A model generated the notes under the pieces. That model had not been told where the DNA came from, did not search any database, and saw only the letters and a program-made list of their open reading frames with translations. A program made the position numbers and the translations under genes. DNA of 13,591 bases from Fonticula alba ATCC 38817 (taxonomy: Eukaryota > Protista > Nucleariida). Shown here piece by piece: positions 8,388 to 13,591 of this stretch; the stretch's first letter is position 1; the number at the start of each line of letters is the position of its first letter. The stretch lies in NCBI GenBank assembly GCA_000388065.2, contig KB932246.1; one strand, given 5' to 3'.

Positions 8388-10417
8388 GTAGATGGGCTGG
8401 TAGGCGTTCAGGTCGCCATCGTAGCAGAGCGCCGAGTAGATGGTGGAGCCATCAAACTCCTGGATGCACACGGTGTTGGTCGGGCAACGGTAGCCCTGAC
8501 CACCGGGGCAACGAGCAACATGGAAGGCGTCGAGCTCGCACCAGAAGGAATCAACATCGATCCGGAGATCGATGCCAATGCAACGACCCGTGGGGAGGGG
8601 GTTGGGAAGGTTCGGGGTGGCCGGGGTGTTTGAGTTGAAGATGCAGGAAGTCTTGCTGGGGGGAGACGTGAGGATATAGTCGTCCAGGGCCATGGCCGAG
8701 CAGGAGGACCAGACCTGGGAGATGGAGCCGATCGGAACGGCGGCCGTCATGACGTAGTGCTCGTGCGGGTGGTTGGGATGGGGGCAGTCCTGGAAGCCGT
8801 CCCCATCGATGTCATCATCATCGTGGGCAACATTGAAATGGTGGGCCATCTCATGAACCATGGTCTCGGCCACGAAGGCCACCGAGGAGGGGACAACCTT
8901 GGACAAGCCGACGGAGGCATTCTCACACACGGCATCGGTGAAGGCAATGCCGACAATGCCGTTGGACCCGCCGTAGGTGAAGTTCAGGGTGGAAATGCCG
9001 TGAACGGTGGCGGTGGGGGAAATGGTGTGAATGGTGTTGCGGACCCGGCGCATATCATCCAGGTAGAGGCCGGCATCGATCGGGGGAGCCCAGGAGGTGA
9101 TGATCTCAATGTCGGCCGGGGACTGGATGTGCACCGGGTTGTAGAAGCTCTCCTGAGAACCACGAGCAAAGAGGACACGGGCACCATAGTGCACGTGCAG
9201 GATGTAGGTGGCGACCTCGTCCACATCCTGGCCGAAGGAGTTGTAAGTGTCGCCATCGATCAGGAAGTGCAGCGGGATGACCGCCACATAGGAGGCCTTG
9301 GTGTTGGCGTCATTGGCGGCGACGGCGCTCGGGGCGACCGAGCGGGCGGCCATGCGGCGACCGGGCTTGGCCAGGTGGGACATGGGAATGGAGATCTGGC
9401 CGGAGCGGATCTTCTCCGCCTTGCCGGAAGCCTCGAAATGACGATCGAGCAGCTCGCGCACAACATCCAGCGACATGGCGGCATGGCTCTCGCGGATCTT
9501 GTCCACCAGGCGCTGGCGAGCCTCCTCGGGCAGGTTGGAGGGGATGGCCTCCAGGGCCAGCTCCAGGGCCCGACGGCGGAGATTGCGCTCGGCCTCGCTC
9601 GGGGAAATGTGAGCCGAGCGGTTGCCGACCGGGGAGGCGGTGGCCATGGCGGCGGCGGCGGCGGCGGCGGTATCCTCGACCGCGACGCGCAGCTGGATGC
9701 CCGCGGAGTCGGCGCTGGCGGTGAAGGTCTCGGCGGCCTCGTCGAAGGCACGGCTGACGATCATGCTCTGACCGGTGGTCGGGTGGACAAAGCGGCCGAC
9801 AACCTTGCCATTGATGAGGGTGAAGAAGCCCGGGCTCTCGGTGGTGTCGATGGCATTCCAGTCGAGGTCGGCGGCGGCGGGGCGCACGCGCGCACGGTAC
9901 ACGGCCAGGTTCGGCAGCAGGTGGCGGTGCTCGGCCGGGATGGTCTCGGCAGTGTGGAGGTCCTCCGGGGAGGCGACGCCGAAGTAGTCCAGGTCGCGCT
10001 CCAGCAGGATGGCCAGCGAGTCGGACACCTCGGACTGGGGCAGGACGAAAGTCAGGGAGTTGAAGGCTTCCGGGCCGGCGCGCAGGGCGGCAGCCAGACC
10101 ATCGGCCGACATGGTGGCAACCTCGGACGGGCCGAGCGACACGGACGCGCGGATGCCGGCCTCGGCGGAGGTCTTGATGCCCTTGACGAAGCTAGCTGTG
10201 GAAGGGGAGGACCAGGGGCATGTGTGGGCAGCGGGAGGAGGTGAGGATGCGGGATGCGGGATGCGGGATGCGGACTGAGGGACAAGGGGGGAAGAGAGAG
10301 GGTGTGGGTGTGGGTGTGTCTCGTACACGAGGCGACGGCGTGCTGGGCGAGCAGGGCGATGCACGCCAGGAGGGCGAGCATGAGCCCGTGGCCCAGCTTG
10401 CGAGCAAGAGGAGTCAT
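8307..10417 (-). CDS. Secreted, probably GPI-anchored M12B (reprolysin/ADAM/ADAMTS-like) zinc metalloprotease, 659 aa; complement(join(8307..10195,10327..10417))
   Basis: Exon 1 (Kozak-like CCGCCATG) encodes signal peptide MTPLARKLGHGLMLALLACIALLAQHAVAS. Phase-1 intron 10326-10196 runs GTACGA..CAG. Exon 2 has GIAFTDAVC, zinc motif HEMAHHFNVAHD (8855-8820), Met-turn YVMT, WSSCS and a hydrophobic C-terminal tail NSAARLAPSVLGMAAAGALAVLATLF. Codons are strongly C/G-ending. Confidence 0.88.
10245..10272 (-). repeat. (CGCATCC)4 heptamer tandem repeat in the metalloprotease intron; (GGTGTG)3 on + strand at 10301-10318 in the same intron
   Basis: Plus strand reads GGATGCG x4. Confidence 0.9.
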
Positions 10418-11717
10418 GGCGGGGAGGAGGAGGAGGGGGAGGATGGGAGGACAGGAGGAAAATCCGGTACTCTTGCCTTGACCAGGCGGGGGATACATGG
10501 GGGGGGCGGGGCTGCGGCTGATAAATCCCAACTTGTCCGCCTGTGTCCCTCCGCCTCTGTCGCTCACACTCGGTCCCTTGGCCCTGCTCGGACCGGGGGG
10601 GGGGGGGGGGCCTGCGGTGCTCTCGGTGGAGGGGTCAGCCGGGACGCGGGTTCGTCGCCGAAGGGGGGTACACGGTCAGGCTTCGTCCCGGCGTCAAAGA
10701 GGCCAGGGCTGCCGTCGGCCCGGCACCCCAGGCCCGGGTGTAGGCACCCGCATTTGGGCCCGAGGCAGGGGGGCCCCGACGAAACGGGGAAAAGCAGTGG
10801 ACCGGACGGCCGGGATCGGGCGGCGGCTGGCGGCATTCGGCGGCCATGCGAGATCCGAGGGCGCCAGCTCACACTGGCAGGACGCACCCAACGGGGCGAC
10901 GAGGGGGGGGGGGGGGGGGGGCGCGGACGCGAGCCGCCCTCCCCACCCTCGCGCGCCCCGTCCTCCCAGCGCAGCCGCGGCCTTCCTGCGCGCGCAGGTC
11001 TGCTCGCATACCCCGGAAGGGCCGGATCTCGGAAGAAAGGGACGCAGGTATGCGCTTGGAACATTGGCATCTCTGCTGGACCAATCCCCCGGCCGGGGGC
11101 CCTGCCCAAGAGCACCGGATCGGCTGGCCAATTCGGACCGGGCTGCCGGCTTCTCGGCCTTGTCCGCCGGGCCAGGGCGCAGAGGAGGGCCGTCGCCAGA
11201 CCGTGCGGAGGCGTATGTGCGGCACCGGCGTCGCGTCATGCCTCGCCCCCGCGCCGGAGAACGAGACCAAAAAGGCCGACCGGCGGCCAGAGAAACAGGG
11301 GGCGGACGAACTCAACGCGTCCTCGGACCCGAACAAGGACAGCCATCCCGGGAAGTGTATTCTCAAGAAGGGGCGCATGTTGGCCGGTGCTTCGGTCGGC
11401 CGCGCGCCGAGACACCCAGCGGATGTGGACATGCACTACCTGCCAATGAAGGAGAGGCGCACGTTGCCGTGGGACTGGCTGGCCTGGCGCGGCAAGAGGT
11501 TCGAGGGTCGGTTTCCCGTGTAAACCAAGGCCGGTCTTTGAACCGCCAGGCGGGGGGGGGGGGGCACCTGTACGTGCTTTTCGGCAGAGCCTGGCTCGGA
11601 TTCCAGTGCCGCCATCCCCCCCCCCCCCAGAGAGGGCCGGGCCTGGAATGAGGGAGAGGACCAGCCAGAGGGAGTGTCCGCAAACAAAGGAATGAGACCC
11701 CGGGCTTTCGCTCACGC

Positions 11718-12038
11718 AAATTGCCCTTTTCATTTTCCCCCCGCCCGGGTCACCCCGTACCTCAGGAAACGCCCCTCGAGGTCCAGGCTCCCGGCAGGTC
11801 GCTCAACGGGTCGTGCGCCACCGGGAGACCATCCCGAAGGGCCAGGTTCCCGATCTGGAGGCAGAGACATGGCCAGGCGGCATGGCCCCAATTGTGATTG
11901 GAATCTGCGCTAGGCCTTCGGGCGGGGCAGGGCAGGGCGGTCGGACGGGGGGAGGGGGGGGCGAGACCAGAACGCCATACCTCCCTCGGGACGAGAACGC
12001 CCCGAGGCCGGGAAATTGGAGGCCGAAAAGGGCAATTT
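11718..12038. repeat. 14-bp perfect inverted repeat (AAATTGCCCTTTTC 11718-11731 / GAAAAGGGCAATTT 12025-12038)
   Basis: Exact reverse complements checked base by base; 293-nt spacer; no target-site duplication seen. Confidence 0.85.
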
Positions 12039-12769
12039 CCTCTGGGCGCGGCGTCTGGGAAACACTCGGGTCAGTCGGCTGCCTCAAAGCCATCACGTCG
12101 AAATCAGGCCGTCGAGGGGCTGAGGGGCTCTTCGCGCGTGATTACGCGACGAATCTGGGCGCACATTTAGGACCGCCTCGTGGCTGCGCCGGGCGCCCTC
12201 CGAGAAGTAGCGCCGAGCGACGCTTTTCGGCCTTTGCGCTTTTCGCGGCGCCGCGCCGCCCCCGGGGCCTAGGGCCCCGGGCCCCGGGCCTGTCCCTGCC
12301 TGGGGACGCGAGACCGGAGGCAAGCCAGGGGCGCCGGGGGACAGGGGGGAACACCGAGGGTCGACCAACGGGCCCAAGAACCCGCGAACGTCGGGGGGGG
12401 GAGCGGGGCCCAATAGCCCTGCGAGCACCTGGGCACCGATGTCCGGGTGCCGCCGGGCCGGGCCCCGGGCACCGCGCGGGGCCGCTCGCCGCGCATGACG
12501 ACGCCCCCTTCCAAGGAGGCGTTGGCTGGTGGAATCGCGCCGGCAGTGAAACACCGTGCAATTTGGACCTCACACGGTGCCCTACCGGCATGCACAGCGC
12601 GTCGCCCGGGCGTGGCCAGCTGAGTCGGAATATCGGCGGAGAGGCGCCGAGAGGCCCCACTCGGGGGTGGCGCCGGCTCCCCGCCGGCCGCGTGCCGGAC
12701 ATCCGCGGGGGCCAGGATGAGTGAGGTCCAGGAGGCTGGCTCTTCCACCACGAGGAGGCTGCCCTCTCG

Positions 12770-12772
<3 letters not shown>

Positions 12773-12804
<32 letters not shown>

Positions 12805-13070
12805 NNNNNNNNNNNNNNNNNNNNNNNNNNNNNNNNNNNNNNNNNNNNNNNNNNNNNNNNNNNNNNNNNNNNNNNNNNNNNNNNNNNNNNNNNNNNNNNN
12901 NNNNNNNNNNNNNNNNNNNNNNNNNNNNNNNNNNNNNNNNNNNNNNNNNNNNNNNNNNNNNNNNNNNNNNNNNNNNNNNNNNNNNNNNNNNNNNNNNNNN
13001 NNNNNNNNNNNNNNNNNNNNNNNNNNNNNNNNNNNNNNNNNNNNNNNNNNNNNNNNNNNNNNNNNNNNNN
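12773..13070. other. Poly-C run (32 nt, 12773-12804) leading into a 266-N assembly gap (12805-13070)
   Basis: Directly visible. Confidence 0.95.
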
Positions 13071-13591
13071 CCGGCTGCCGGGGTGTCGCCGCTGCCAGCC
13101 ATGTTTTGCCCACTCCCGGTCTCTGGCCAGCTGGCCTCTATTTTGGGCCACCCAGAGCCCGAGAGTGCCGGGAGCCCCCCCCCCCCCCCCGCCCCCCTCC
13201 TTCCCCGGGCACATTCTTCCTTTTTTCCCTTTTTTTTTCCCCTACGGCTCCATCATTTTTCCGTCGTCGGCCGTTTCCTTCTCAACAAGGGGGGGGGTGC
13301 GGAGCGGGCTCCGGCCGATGCCGGGGCCACCCGAGCCATCGGCCATGCCCTTGCACATCAAAAGGGGCGCGGCTGCGTTACCGCAGGCGTCGGGGAGCGA
13401 CGTCCGCGCGCGCCCGCGCGCTCGCACAAATGCAGGGGTAGCTCTCGCAAAGAGGGGGCGCGGGGCGAGCGGCACAGGCCCAGGACGGGGAAGGGGGCTG
13501 GGGGGGGGCGGGGTCGGGCGCACACCGAACATTCCGCCGACGCGATCCGCCGGCGCCCCCTCGCACTTTTTCCCGCCCCTGCGTCGCGCCC

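Noticed and set aside
8757-10244. 495-aa plus-strand ORF antisense to the metalloprotease
   Set aside because: It is exactly in codon register with the sense gene. Antisense stops require sense TTA/CTA/TCA codons, which the C/G-ending bias removes. The product is Gly/Val-rich with no recognisable motif.
10301-10318. (GGTGTG)3 resembling yeast TG1-3 telomeric sequence
   Set aside because: Only 18 nt and inside a normal spliceosomal intron; treated as a simple microsatellite.
8307-10364. 685-aa unspliced ORF as the protease model
   Set aside because: Its first ~56 aa are translated intron (PHPHP, RIPHP from the repeats). Splicing 10326-10196 supplies a proper signal peptide and Kozak-like start at 10417.
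11149-11161. GCTTCTCGGCCTT, matching the 5' end of U2 snRNA; a similar CGCTTTTCGGCCTTTG at 12221-12236
   Set aside because: The essential downstream AAGATCAAGTGTAGTA branch-pairing region and Sm site are absent.
11494-11510. GGTTCGA resembling a tRNA T-loop
   Set aside because: No T-stem pairing, acceptor stem or D-arm around it.
10846-11523. 225-aa ORF ending ...HYLPMKERRTLPWDWLAWRGKRFEGRFPV, and other ORFs in 10497-13566
   Set aside because: No recognisable domain, no codon bias like the real genes, ORFs open in most frames because of GC content, and several pass through homopolymers or Ns.
12560-12566. AATTTGG resembling an Sm-binding site, suggesting an snRNA or telomerase RNA
   Set aside because: It sits in a hairpin loop rather than single-stranded between stems. 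No snRNA core motifs and no CCCTAA-type template were found on either strand.
13313-13344. Hairpin GGCCGATG-C-CGGG-GCCA-CCCG-AGC-CATCGGCC
   Set aside because: The structure is real on paper but of a size expected by chance in very GC-rich DNA, with no terminator, Pol III or family features.

Overview
GC-rich, intron-containing eukaryotic DNA. The gene set and splice signals suggest a unicellular opisthokont; a Fonticula-like organism is a guess, not verified. Three spliced protein-coding genes can be reconstructed by hand. (1) The 3' two-thirds of XPD/ERCC2/RAD3 DNA helicase (+, 9 exons visible, 153-2977). (2) A long, divergent protein O-mannosyltransferase of the PMT/POMT (GT39) family (+, 9 exons, 3842-7779, 999 aa). 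(3) A convergent two-exon M12B (reprolysin/ADAM/ADAMTS-type) zinc metalloprotease with signal peptide, Cys-free prodomain, six-Cys C-terminal module and GPI-type tail (-, 10417-8307, 659 aa). The remaining ~3.1 kb upstream of the protease has no supportable gene. It contains a 14-bp perfect inverted repeat, hairpins, homopolymer G/C runs and a 266-N gap. Most ORFs in the supplied track are antisense or intron-spanning artefacts of high GC. The best candidates for novelty are the surface-anchored ADAMTS-like protease with a possible carbohydrate-binding module and the unusual GTRCG-dominated splice donor code.
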